DNA from: a virus
Reading direction: 5' to 3' (one strand)
IMG/VR virus record: IMGVR_UViG_3300025087_000641
Span: 32,001-96,000 of that record
DNA: 64,000 nt
A program made the translations under genes and the position numbers. Of this stretch, positions 37,987-47,362 are shown piece after piece; positions within the stretch are counted from its first letter, which is position 1, and the number at the start of each line of letters is the position of its first letter. The notes below the pieces were generated by a model, which was not told the DNA's origin, did not search any database, and saw only the letters and a list, made by a program, of their open reading frames with translations.

Positions 37987-38886
37987 TCACGGTATTACCT
38001 GATATGTCGTTCTGACAAATCTATCAATCTTTTGTTTGATGTCTGTCGCAAGTCCCTGCGGAATCTCAATTGTCCCCAGTTGGACGAATGCCGTCTTGTT
38101 ACTATACGGGACATCTTTTTGCCCAAATAACCATCCCGTCAGTCGCCTCGTAGCCCATTCAATATCCGCCTCTGGCGCAAACCTAGCGATGCTTGCCCCG
38201 CTTCCATGATTGGCGGCAGTTGTGCCATTCATGTATCCATGTACTACTACCGAGGCGTTCCCGGATGTCCCACCACCCAATGCCTGAAAATATTCATCCC
38301 CTATCTTCAAGAGGTCGCCAGGAGCGATTCTCGGATGTTCACCCCAGACATCACTTGCTCCCGCACCAACAGACCCCGCGCCCGCGAGTCCAAGAGTTGT
38401 CCCACTTGCGGAGTAAGCATCATTGAGACTCGCACCTGTATCTACCCACGCATTTGCCCAATCCTCGTGATACCCCCAAGTGCCAGTAACCTCGTTTGCG
38501 CGCTGAACTGTCCCAGAGAAATTCAACACACTTCCCGAACTATCGTCAAGAACAATAGTATCGTATGGCGGCCTGTTCCAATTGTCGCCAGTTGACAACC
38601 ACATCACGCCACTGCCGACAGTACACGCCCCATTTTGTGTCGCAAGGGTTGTTAGTTCTAGCAAGTCGTCGTCAAGAGAAACCTTCCCAGAGTCCTTATA
38701 ATTGTAGCGTCTCAACTCGTTACGCGGATAAAACTTGCGACGAGCATAACGATCTATTGAACGCGAAGCACGCCCAATGAAATTCATCAGTGTGGCGTCA
38801 TCAGCAGTATTCCCGGACGCGGCGGCAGAATTTAGACCAAGATAGTCTCTAACTCTAGCCAAATTTGTATAAGTGTTGGTGGTCAT
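37987..38886 (-). CDS. Head-tail adaptor (gp6/gp15-like) with insertion
   Basis: YTNLARVRDYLG..DDATL..ASRSIDRYARRKF; VTGTWGY; ADIEWAT. Confidence 0.8.
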   Translation of the reverse strand: MTTNTYTNLARVRDYLGLNSAAASGNTADDATLMNFIGRASRSIDRYARRKFYPRNELRRYNYKDSGKVSLDDDLLELTTLATQNGACTVGSGVMWLSTGDNWNRPPYDTIVLDDSSGSVLNFSGTVQRANEVTGTWGYHEDWANAWVDTGASLNDAYSASGTTLGLAGAGSVGAGASDVWGEHPRIAPGDLLKIGDEYFQALGGGTSGNASVVVHGYMNGTTAANHGSGASIARFAPEADIEWATRRLTGWLFGQKDVPYSNKTAFVQLGTIEIPQGLATDIKQKIDRFVRTTYQVIP

Positions 38887-38903
38887 TTATCTTTTATGGA
38901 AAT

Positions 38904-40322
38904 CTAGTAGATTGTGACTATTGCTGTCGGGTCTATATTGGCTGATGCGGAATCCAGAAAATTGCAGTTGAAAAGTTGTACATTTGAGGCTGCTGATTGA
39001 GCCTGAAAAGAACTACCGCTACTTGTTAACTCAACGTGGAGTCCCATAATGGTTGTACGATTTGACCTATTAATAAGAATACCACCATTAGACGATGTTG
39101 AACTGGTATAAACTAATCCCCCAAGAATAGTCGTTGAATTTGGATATGGTACATCTCCTGCTGTAATTCGTATCCCGTGCTGACACTTTTCCGTATGAAT
39201 GCCATTAAGAACTATGCTATAGGCATATTGCGAAACATCAAATCCCTTATCACAGGTATCGGCAATACAACCATTATAAACTGCCCCAGCCTCATGTATT
39301 GCAAATCCAATACCAGATGATCCGACGGGAGATGCACCCTGAACAATACAATTGTTATAGCGATTTGCCACCCCATAATTAATAAACCCAAATGATGGAG
39401 GCCGGAAAACGCGCACTTGTTCAAATACATTTTGGTTATTCCCAGTCTCTCCACGAACTCCTGTATCAGTTATCCCGTCAATATTTATATTCTCAAAGCG
39501 ACAGAAGGCCATATCCTCAAAGTGAAGGCCATATTGTGCATTGGCAACGCCACGGATGGTCAAATTGCAAATCTCAATATTTCTCTGAATGCTAGTTAGT
39601 CCAATGGGAATGCAAGGCGCGGACGATGCCAATGAAAAACTCAGGATTGTGGTTTCCTTGCCAGCCCCCGCAAGAATAATACTGGGATAGTCGGTATTCA
39701 ACGGGAATGTTAATGATGATGTGATTCTATATGTTCCCGGAGGAATAGCAACGATACCACCATTCTCTGCCATATTGATGGCAAGTTGAATGGCGGCTGT
39801 ATCATCGGCGGCCCCATCGCCAATGGCCCCATAATCGGTAACATTATAGAAAAATGATCTTGTCATATTCCCTATTTCTTGATATTCAACATTGAATGTA
39901 AATTCCCATCCAACCCACGCAATACCATCATGCTCAATGTCTGTCCTATATTTTGCACTAGATAATTCTAGCAACAGAACTCTTGGCAAATCCCTTGATA
40001 TTTCTGCGATAGTATTTCTGTCTTGAAACTTGTTTCTCCACCGTTCCCCAAATGGGATTGCCAAAGACTCTATCTTTGATAATTTCCCGCCGTATGCTTC
40101 TCTTGGGCAGACAAGCAAATAACTCGTGATTTCCGCAAAGTTTTTCCACTCATTGTTGAATGCTATTTGGCGACATAGGAAATGCGGCGATAGATGCAAA
40201 ACTCCCGGAACATTTGGCTTACCGCCCGGATTCTGTGCCCCGAGATATGAGTAGTTGACACCCTGAATGCTTCTCTCGTGTGTCGCTATTTTATCAATGA
40301 TGTCTATTTCACTGAATGACAT
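38904..40322 (-). CDS. Fusion of tail-terminator-like domain and pectate-lyase-like beta-helix
   Basis: First ~150 aa are paralogous to 37273..37737; then YNVTDYGAIGDGAADDTAAIQLAI..IPPGTY. Confidence 0.8.
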   Translation of the reverse strand: MSFSEIDIIDKIATHERSIQGVNYSYLGAQNPGGKPNVPGVLHLSPHFLCRQIAFNNEWKNFAEITSYLLVCPREAYGGKLSKIESLAIPFGERWRNKFQDRNTIAEISRDLPRVLLLELSSAKYRTDIEHDGIAWVGWEFTFNVEYQEIGNMTRSFFYNVTDYGAIGDGAADDTAAIQLAINMAENGGIVAIPPGTYRITSSLTFPLNTDYPSIILAGAGKETTILSFSLASSAPCIPIGLTSIQRNIEICNLTIRGVANAQYGLHFEDMAFCRFENINIDGITDTGVRGETGNNQNVFEQVRVFRPPSFGFINYGVANRYNNCIVQGASPVGSSGIGFAIHEAGAVYNGCIADTCDKGFDVSQYAYSIVLNGIHTEKCQHGIRITAGDVPYPNSTTILGGLVYTSSTSSNGGILINRSNRTTIMGLHVELTSSGSSFQAQSAASNVQLFNCNFLDSASANIDPTAIVTIY

Positions 40323-40367
40323 ATATATGAATTACACAAAGAACTTATCCATCGCATGAATATCTTG

Positions 40368-41135
40368 TCAGATTGTAGCCATCTTAGCAACCTCGCTAGA
40401 TGTAGCCGCACGATTGAGACAGAGCCAATGCATCAATGGGCCATCCCAGACAAGCGTGGGCGTAGTGATATTTGCACCGATAAGAGTCTGAGTAGCCGAC
40501 AATGCCCCTGCCCAAGTGGCAAGTGTGGCAGACGTTCCTATAGAAGCACCATTGATATAGGCAGCAACAATATCTCCCGACACACTCCAAGTAATTGCAG
40601 TATGTAGCCAAGTCGTAACCGCAAAACTGGTTGTGGTGATTTGTTCTGAAACATTGTTGGCTTTGTAAATAAGGCTAAGTTGATTATTGGTCGCCGTTTT
40701 TTCAATCAAAATAAGATTTTGAAGGTCAGTGCGAAGTTGCATTGCAAAATGACGCAACCCATCTGTCCATATTCCCGCTGCTGATACTCTTAGCCATCCG
40801 CCCATTGTCCCCTCGGACGGATTGAACGCCGTTCTGAATCCCGCTGGCGGCTGCATGAAGTCATTTGCGCCGTCATACAGTGGGCAGGTCAGACCATCCC
40901 CGATACCTTCTTGTCCCAATGTTACGCCAGTATAGACTCCATTGTATCCATTGCCAGAATAATCCACTGCGACTGTTCCCGCCTCTTCGCTTCCGGGCCA
41001 ATAGCCAATAAGCGAAGTTCCGAACATGGAAATGATTTTCTGGAGATGTGATTGGCGTGCAACGCCACCCCCAACGGATAGTTGTGATATTCCTCGCCTG
41101 ATACGCCACTCCTCACGGAATTGTCCGATTGGCAT
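40368..41135 (-). CDS. LamG/concanavalin A-like virion protein
   Basis: LIGYWP..DYSGNG, WLHTAITW, AYING, NRAATSSEV. Confidence 0.85.
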   Translation of the reverse strand: MPIGQFREEWRIRRGISQLSVGGGVARQSHLQKIISMFGTSLIGYWPGSEEAGTVAVDYSGNGYNGVYTGVTLGQEGIGDGLTCPLYDGANDFMQPPAGFRTAFNPSEGTMGGWLRVSAAGIWTDGLRHFAMQLRTDLQNLILIEKTATNNQLSLIYKANNVSEQITTTSFAVTTWLHTAITWSVSGDIVAAYINGASIGTSATLATWAGALSATQTLIGANITTPTLVWDGPLMHWLCLNRAATSSEVAKMATI

Positions 41136-41153
41136 TAGTTCAATCCACCACTA

Positions 41154-41510
41154 CTAATACAGCGGCACTCTACGCCAGCAAACCCAGTTGTAACTTGCGT
41201 TGAATGCGCTCGGCGCGTCTGTCCCATTCGCCCGCGCCACAACCAATAGACTTGCATTGCCGACTCTCTGTGGCGGCAAGTCAATTGTGCTGAGACTTGG
41301 ATATATCTTGTAGCCTAGAGTCTGTGATACCTGCCCAGTTGGGCCAAGAAAAAACTCATTGGCACTGGCGCTAACTTGAATATGAACCACATCGTCATTA
41401 TTCAGTAGCGATAGACCAGAGTATGTTCCGAAAAACGTCTGCACAGCACTTGAATTCGTGGCGTTTATACTTGCACTATAGAACTCGTATCGGGTGTCTC
41501 CATAACTCAT
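41154..41510 (-). CDS. Putative virion decoration protein (paralog of 45993..46334)
   Basis: MSYG..GLSLLNNDDVVHIQV..DLPPQRVG; AAGGAG RBS. Confidence 0.7.
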   Translation of the reverse strand: MSYGDTRYEFYSASINATNSSAVQTFFGTYSGLSLLNNDDVVHIQVSASANEFFLGPTGQVSQTLGYKIYPSLSTIDLPPQRVGNASLLVVARANGTDAPSAFNASYNWVCWRRVPLY

Positions 41511-41574
41511 CGTAAGACTCCTTACATTGCCAATTTCTTGTGAAAGATTATGGCAAAACATTTACACTGCATTA

Positions 41575-41590
41575 TACAAATTTGACTAAT
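41575..41590 (-). promoter_or_regulatory. Repeated motif ATTAGTCAAATTTGTA (copy 1)
   Basis: Identical 16-mer at 50922 and 60503; here it continues into TATAAT. Confidence 0.6.
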
Positions 41591-42569
41591 GCCTCGTTCT
41601 CCAGTTGCGAGATTGATGTCCAAGTTGTTCTCTCCAACGCAATCTCCTCAAAACAACTACCGTTCCAAGATTCGGCGCGGCGGGGAATATAATATCTACA
41701 ACTTCCCATCCCTCATCGCTATCAATTGAATCTGGGAATATTGTCTGTATAATTTGTTGTAGTCCGCCCCACGCCTCATCACTCCCAAAACTTGACGGAG
41801 TGATAATATAAATGACATTGGGGGATGGGAACCCCTCATTTGTCCCGATTGAACTTGGGAAGATAATATAGTTGACATTGGGTACTCCCCAAGCCTCGTT
41901 GCTCCCCGTTGTGTCTGGGAAGACAGTGTAGTTGAGTTGCGGGCTTCCGAATGCCTCATTGCTCCCAATAGAATTTGCAAGGAGAATGAAGTTGACTAAT
42001 GGACTCGGCCATCCCTCATCACCGCCCCAACTATCGGGAGAGATAGTCTGTGCGCCTGCACCCGCAACAGTCAAACTCCCCCATGCCTCATCGCTCCCAA
42101 ATGAATTTGGGAAGACGATGAAGTTTACTTGATGTGTTCCCCACGCCTCATTGCTACCGAATGAGCTTGGGGAAATAATCTGTATGACACTTGGCTGTGA
42201 CCATCCCTCATCGCTCCCAACCGAACTTGGGAGTATGTAGAACATCAGGGTTGATGTTCCGAATGCCTCATTACTGCCAATAGAACTTGGCAGGAGAATG
42301 AAGTTGACTTGTGGACTTTGCCAACCCTCATCGCTTCCAAAACTTCCGGGAGCGATGATATGTGCAATTATTAATGTGCCAAACGCCTCATTACTCCCAA
42401 CCGAACTTGGGAAGAGGGTGAAATTTAACTGACTTGTTCCCCATGCCTCATCACTCCCAATGCTACTGGGGGATATTGTTTGATCGCCAGTTGGTGCAAC
42501 GGGTACAACAGCATTGACATCTCGGTGTACCTGCCGTGGCGATAGTGGGCGATAGACCCAACGAGGCAT
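41586..42569 (-). CDS. Protein with 13 tandem ~20-aa repeats (PSSxGS[DN]E[AG][WF]G)
   Basis: Repeats counted in the translation; about 60 bp period. Confidence 0.85.
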   Translation of the reverse strand: MPRWVYRPLSPRQVHRDVNAVVPVAPTGDQTISPSSIGSDEAWGTSQLNFTLFPSSVGSNEAFGTLIIAHIIAPGSFGSDEGWQSPQVNFILLPSSIGSNEAFGTSTLMFYILPSSVGSDEGWSQPSVIQIISPSSFGSNEAWGTHQVNFIVFPNSFGSDEAWGSLTVAGAGAQTISPDSWGGDEGWPSPLVNFILLANSIGSNEAFGSPQLNYTVFPDTTGSNEAWGVPNVNYIIFPSSIGTNEGFPSPNVIYIITPSSFGSDEAWGGLQQIIQTIFPDSIDSDEGWEVVDIIFPAAPNLGTVVVLRRLRWREQLGHQSRNWRTRH

Positions 42570-42570
42570 G

Positions 42571-43041
42571 TCATGTCATCTCACGATAAATAATGTGTCC
42601 ACTCCACGTATTAGCAGCAGGCGAGGCCGTAAATTGGAATGTGTAGAAATTCGTTGGCGCGAGAACTGGCCTCTCCTCTGGAACCGGCACATAAAGCAAT
42701 CCATTCAGAACATTGAAGTTCCAGCGCATAATAGATGCACCAAAAGACCCAGTGCCGGTTGCAATCCCAATGGCATTTGTAATAGATGTCCCTGCCAGCA
42801 ATGTTCCCGGATCATTTGGATTCAGTGGGACTCTCTCTGCAACATTCGGCAGTGTAGAGTTAGTTGTCCTACGGGTCAGTTCAAGCGTTTCCATCTGGGA
42901 GGTTGTGCTATCCTCCTCCCCAATCTCTACGCGGAGGAGTTCAATAGCCGTGGCGGATGGAGTGGCTATTTGAATCCACGGCGTTAGCCCAATCCCAGAA
43001 GCGCTTTTGACAATATAAGAGTATGTTCTTCCAGTTGCCAT
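42571..43041 (-). CDS. Putative virion protein
   Basis: Beta-rich; operon context. Confidence 0.65.
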   Translation of the reverse strand: MATGRTYSYIVKSASGIGLTPWIQIATPSATAIELLRVEIGEEDSTTSQMETLELTRRTTNSTLPNVAERVPLNPNDPGTLLAGTSITNAIGIATGTGSFGASIMRWNFNVLNGLLYVPVPEERPVLAPTNFYTFQFTASPAANTWSGHIIYREMT

Positions 43042-43047
43042 ATTTGC

Positions 43048-44643
43048 CTACATTCTTGCAATGGTTGAGTAACTTGTTTTAAGAATACGAGATGCAGGAA
43101 CGGGCGGGAATGTACTTGTTCCAGCAACCGTCCATGTGGCTATTAGGTCAGCCGCATTCGCCGCGTTATCTGTATAATCAGCCCAGTTCCACCAGGCCGA
43201 AACTGCCGCACTCCCATTTATGCATGTTACCCCGATGTCGCCCGAAAATCCTGCCCGATTGACAACAATCTGCATAGGCGTTACAAGTGATGGGCTAGTA
43301 TGTGTGGTGGCATCTGCCCAACTATTGTCACTAACTGGACTTCCCGTGCGCGCATGATGGGCACTAATGCGGTGAACATCGGCATTGAGAAAGTCTGTCG
43401 GCGTATCTATATTGAAAAAGTCCCATGCCAAAGTGTGTCCAGCATCAAAATCTGTTGACTGTTGCACGAGTGTAACAGTGGACGTGTTAATGGTTGCGCC
43501 TTGCGGAATGGCCGTCGAGCGCCAAATCCAACCACCATCCATGTTATTAATGGGTGTAGCCAAGTCACAGCCAATGTAGAAAGTTCCAAACGTTGCTTGA
43601 GACGGAAGAACCATCTCATCGTTATCCTCATTTGTAGAGCCACTCGCCCCGTCCTCGTTAGTCTCTGCAACCGTGAAAGTCGGGTCAAACACAATCGGCC
43701 CGGCGACCATTGAATTTAGGTCTGGTACGAGCGCACCGACAAGCAGATATGTATTACCGTCTGGGTCGCGCCAGACACGCTTGCGAAGCGTGCGCCAATC
43801 GCGGACATTGGTATGCAGGCCGATTGTATAGGCTTGGCTGTAAGCCTGTGAAATCGGCAAGAATCCGAGCAACCGATTTAGCGAGTCTTCAATGCGGATG
43901 GATGTGCCATCGGAGTCATCAAAATCGCCAGTGATGTCTTGTTGAATTGCGCCCTTGACCCAACGCGAGATGTCGCTTGCGTCAAGTCTGAAAACAAATC
44001 CAAAGTATGTCTCATTAGCAGGCGTTGAGGGTGGTGCATTGGCAACAATCCACTCCCGCGCTGCCTGACTGACAACAATCTCCTCTTTCATGTCACGCCC
44101 CGCGATACGCCAACGGATGTCAATGGGGCGCGTCGTTCCCCCTCCCAATGCCCAAATGCGATTCCATGTTGCCAATGCCGATAGTGGATATACGATTTGT
44201 GTTCCACTTGGGCCTATAGTTTTAGTTTGAGAAACCTGCGTTAGTCGTCCGCCTGTCCGCACATAGGCGGGCAATCCGCCAATATCCTGCCAATCGCGTG
44301 TCGGCCAATGTAGATAGCCAACACGAGTCAAGCGTGAGCGCAACCAATTCTGCCCACGTCGTCCACCAAACCCAACTACACCATCCAACCCCGCCAGCAC
44401 GCCACTTCCGGGAATACCGAGTGCATAATGCCATCCATTTTGCGTAACAAGCCATCCATCAAGTTGTGCATTGTTTATACGTGTTGGCAATGCCGCAATC
44501 TCGCCATCATATATTCCAGAATCAAGCGCGGTTTCATAATGCAGGCGCGCAATGCTGGCATGTGTGTGAAATAGTCCTGTTGCATCATCGCGCCATGTCT
44601 TTGAACCTCTCCCCCGAAGAGTCTGTTGTTCAACCCACGCCAT
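43048..44643 (-). CDS. Large putative virion protein
   Basis: 531 aa; PIVFDPT domain boundary, then IPQGATI beta-sandwich-like region. Confidence 0.65.
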   Translation of the reverse strand: MAWVEQQTLRGRGSKTWRDDATGLFHTHASIARLHYETALDSGIYDGEIAALPTRINNAQLDGWLVTQNGWHYALGIPGSGVLAGLDGVVGFGGRRGQNWLRSRLTRVGYLHWPTRDWQDIGGLPAYVRTGGRLTQVSQTKTIGPSGTQIVYPLSALATWNRIWALGGGTTRPIDIRWRIAGRDMKEEIVVSQAAREWIVANAPPSTPANETYFGFVFRLDASDISRWVKGAIQQDITGDFDDSDGTSIRIEDSLNRLLGFLPISQAYSQAYTIGLHTNVRDWRTLRKRVWRDPDGNTYLLVGALVPDLNSMVAGPIVFDPTFTVAETNEDGASGSTNEDNDEMVLPSQATFGTFYIGCDLATPINNMDGGWIWRSTAIPQGATINTSTVTLVQQSTDFDAGHTLAWDFFNIDTPTDFLNADVHRISAHHARTGSPVSDNSWADATTHTSPSLVTPMQIVVNRAGFSGDIGVTCINGSAAVSAWWNWADYTDNAANAADLIATWTVAGTSTFPPVPASRILKTSYSTIARM

Positions 44644-44645
44644 GA

Positions 44646-44960
44646 CTATCGCCTATCAAAATACACCACGACTTGTTTCCACAACTTCTTTATTTGCCCC
44701 CCCATGCCAATTACTGCCTCATCAGATTCAATGGACTCTGCCTCAACGATGATGGGCGCGGGGAGAGTGGGCGCTACGGCGTTTTCTATGGCCGCCTTAG
44801 CCTCTGCAATCCTTCGTTCTGCATCTGCTTCCACACTTCTTCGGTTACGCCACTGTTGAACAACTTTTATTTGGCCCTTCGTGGCGTAGAATTGGTCATA
44901 CAATTTCGCAGAATACAGATTCAATTCCTCAAGCGTCATTTCCTCAATGGGTTTATCCAT
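44646..44960 (-). CDS. Hypothetical coiled-coil protein
   Basis: Contains one unit (ESIESDEA) similar to the 41586 repeats. Confidence 0.6.
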   Translation of the reverse strand: MDKPIEEMTLEELNLYSAKLYDQFYATKGQIKVVQQWRNRRSVEADAERRIAEAKAAIENAVAPTLPAPIIVEAESIESDEAVIGMGGQIKKLWKQVVVYFDRR

Positions 44961-44975
44961 ATCAATTCCCTTCTC

Positions 44976-45407
44976 TTAGAGCATGAAAATTCTGCTTGCC
45001 CCTGCCGACCATTGAACCGTGATGTCACCACCGTTGGGCGAGGCCGGAATCCCGGTTGCCGTGTCAATCCACCCAATGAGCCTAGCTGTGCTTGGTGATC
45101 CAGTGTCCTGATAGATAACAATAGCACCAATGGCTGAGTTGGCTACAGCAGATACGGCAGATGCAGTATGGTCGTCAGCATCAGCGACTCCAGATGCAAC
45201 GGTCTTGCCACCCAATGCAGTTTCCGACATCCGTATTCTTGCGGAGTCTGGAATCTGAGTCAGGAATGTAATGTCAGTTACCGCATTATATCCGTTAGTG
45301 CCCCCAGCCCCTCTTGAGATGAAGACAAGTCTTATCGTGTCCGTATCCCAATCCAGAGTCCCGTCCAAGAAACCTTGTCTACCCGACATAAATAAGGTAT
45401 TTGCCAT
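44976..45407 (-). CDS. Conserved phage structural protein
   Basis: MANTLF..LDWDTDTI..PNGGDITVQW..IF pattern; GAGGT RBS. Confidence 0.7.
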   Translation of the reverse strand: MANTLFMSGRQGFLDGTLDWDTDTIRLVFISRGAGGTNGYNAVTDITFLTQIPDSARIRMSETALGGKTVASGVADADDHTASAVSAVANSAIGAIVIYQDTGSPSTARLIGWIDTATGIPASPNGGDITVQWSAGASRIFML

Positions 45408-45435
45408 TGACTTTTACCTCGCTAGATGGTACAAT
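45407..45435 (+). promoter_or_regulatory. Sigma70 promoter for leaderless HNH gene
   Basis: TTGACT-N17-TACAAT with TG extension; ATG begins 7 nt after the -10 box. Confidence 0.75.
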
Positions 45436-45442
45436 AGACTTT

Positions 45443-45988
45443 ATGAAAAAGAAAAGATGCGCTGGAATCTGCAAAATGGATTTGCCACTTTCTGAATTCC
45501 ACAAGAACAGGGCAAGACATGATGGGCTTGATACTCGTTGTAAGTCCTGTAGTAGAAAACGTCGAGTTATTGTTTACCATCAGAATCCGGAGAAAGAAAA
45601 AAAGAAATCTGATGATTACCGTCGTTCCCATCTTGAACAATATCGCAAGTATTCTAGGAAAAGATACAAAACAGATAAATGGCAAGAGTACATGCGTAAA
45701 TATGTGGCACAATGGCTTAAGACTGATAAGGGCAAAAAGAGCAATCGGGCCAAGCGCCGTCGCCGTCGTGAAAAAGAATGTTCGGCAAGTGGGCAATGCA
45801 CAGATATACAACTCCAGGCCCGCATTAATTATTATGGGGGGAGATGCTGGATATGTGAAAAGCCCTATGAAGCTATTGACCATGTAAAACCAATCTCTAA
45901 AGGTGGAGCGGGTTATCCTGTAAATCTTCGGCCAATTTGTAGAAGTTGTAATTCAAAGAAGGGTGACACTTGGCCGTTTTCTCCATGA
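45443..45988 (+). CDS. HNH endonuclease (zinc-finger type)
   Basis: KRCAGIC..CKSC; CWICE, IDHVKPISKGG, NLRPICRSCNSKKG. Confidence 0.9.
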   Translation: MKKKRCAGICKMDLPLSEFHKNRARHDGLDTRCKSCSRKRRVIVYHQNPEKEKKKSDDYRRSHLEQYRKYSRKRYKTDKWQEYMRKYVAQWLKTDKGKKSNRAKRRRRREKECSASGQCTDIQLQARINYYGGRCWICEKPYEAIDHVKPISKGGAGYPVNLRPICRSCNSKKGDTWPFSP

Positions 45989-45992
45989 TTCA

Positions 45993-46334
45993 TTACTTAT
46001 TTGTTCCCGCCCACTGAGTCCAAATAGTCCAGTAAAGAGTCGTATTTGTTCCTGCATCGCGGGTAAAATGCAACGTACTCGCGCTTCCGACTCTCATTGG
46101 GGGCAAGTCAAATACACTGCCTGCATCAGAGAGTCGCAAGCCAGTACCATTAGTTACCGTTGAATTCCACACCCTTGCATCTGCGCCCGTCGGTACAATC
46201 TGGACAAACACTACGTCTTGTTGATTCAGAAGACTCAATCCACCATTCGCGCCGAACAATGAATGCGCTGTGGCGGCACTGGTAGCCGTAGACCCAGATG
46301 CGAAAAGTTCAAAGTAGACACCACCGTAAGCCAC
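45993..46334 (-). CDS. Putative virion decoration protein (paralog of 41154..41510)
   Basis: MAYG..GLSLLNQQDVVFVQI..DLPPMRVG. Confidence 0.7.
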   Translation of the reverse strand: MAYGGVYFELFASGSTATSAATAHSLFGANGGLSLLNQQDVVFVQIVPTGADARVWNSTVTNGTGLRLSDAGSVFDLPPMRVGSASTLHFTRDAGTNTTLYWTIWTQWAGTNK

Positions 46335-46352
46335 TCAATTGCCTCTCAATCC

Positions 46353-46395
46353 AAAAGAAAAGGGCGGGCGGCTTGGGACGCCATACCCGCCCTTT
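46353..46395 (-). terminator. Intrinsic terminator after the capsid/decoration genes
   Basis: AAAGGGCGGG...CCCGCCCTTTTCTTTT on the minus strand. Confidence 0.75.
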
Positions 46396-46425
46396 CATTT
46401 CCCGTGATTTTTGACTAACCCCGAA

Positions 46426-46905
46426 TTACCCCGGTGCGCCAGTTGAAGAACTTGCCGCAGTCTTCCACACACTCCCAGAAGTGCCATCAGAGTCATTCCA
46501 GTACATAGCACTCATACTTCCATCAGAACGCAAGAAGATTGACCCCGGCGATGCAGCATGAGTCGGGATATTCCGGCCTGTACCAACAGTTGGGGCACGA
46601 GTCCCATCCGTGATCCTGAAAGTTCCAGCATCGTTGGTAGTAACATTCACATTCATAGATGCGCCAACGGCAAGCAAGATTGCACCACCCGCAACTTGAG
46701 TCTGTGAGGCTTGCCCGAAAGTCACGCCACCGCTGAAGTTCAGAAGACCAGAAGCCGCGATATTCGCGCCACTGGGTAGGCTTAGATTCGCACCAGAGGC
46801 GATAGTCAACAATCCGCCAGCATCAACATTGATACTTCCACCACTGGCAACAGTTAGAACGCTTGCACCCTGTTCGCGGATAAGACGCCCACTATACGTT
46901 GTCAT
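46426..46905 (-). CDS. Gly/Ser-rich capsid-associated (head fibre-like) protein
   Basis: Follows capsid genes; AGGAG RBS; ASPGSIFLRSDG. Confidence 0.65.
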   Translation of the reverse strand: MTTYSGRLIREQGASVLTVASGGSINVDAGGLLTIASGANLSLPSGANIAASGLLNFSGGVTFGQASQTQVAGGAILLAVGASMNVNVTTNDAGTFRITDGTRAPTVGTGRNIPTHAASPGSIFLRSDGSMSAMYWNDSDGTSGSVWKTAASSSTGAPG

Positions 46906-46925
46906 TTGTTTAGTCTCCTATCCGC

Positions 46926-47354
46926 CTAGCCACCCAACACATCGCTGTAGACCGTGACAGCCTTACGAGTGTCTTGGGTAATCGGGACATTGCGTGCACC
47001 CTGCAACATGAAGAGGACTGCCCCTCCACCCTGCGTTGTTCCGTCAAGGTCACGCACCAATCTGTACCAAGTGGCCGAAGAGTCAAGCGTGAACGAGCGC
47101 ACATAAGTAATGCCTGAACCAGAAGCACCAGACTGGATTTCGGGGAACGATGCACCGAAACCTGCAAATGTGCCATTGCTTGTCCCAGACCGTTGTACGC
47201 TGAGGCTGATTCCGCCGTCAATACTTCCCGCAGAAAATATGACGGTTGCGAAATCATACCCAGCGAAGTTCGACGCCCCGGTTGACCCACTTCCGTTGGG
47301 CAGGCCGCTAACTGCTGTCCAGATTTTTATTGCTGAACCGTTTAGATTATCCAT
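46926..47354 (-). CDS. Putative capsid decoration/cement protein (paralog 2)
   Basis: Shares GSTGASNFAG, RSGTSxGTF, RSxTLDSSAxWY, RNVPI and SDVLGG with 47363..47788. Confidence 0.75.
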   Translation of the reverse strand: MDNLNGSAIKIWTAVSGLPNGSGSTGASNFAGYDFATVIFSAGSIDGGISLSVQRSGTSNGTFAGFGASFPEIQSGASGSGITYVRSFTLDSSATWYRLVRDLDGTTQGGGAVLFMLQGARNVPITQDTRKAVTVYSDVLGG

Positions 47355-47362
47355 TTTGTCTC

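Noticed and set aside
41690-42480. CRISPR array or DGR repeat
   Set aside because: The ~60 bp periodicity is a degenerate in-frame protein repeat; there are no identical repeats with spacers and no cas or reverse transcriptase gene.
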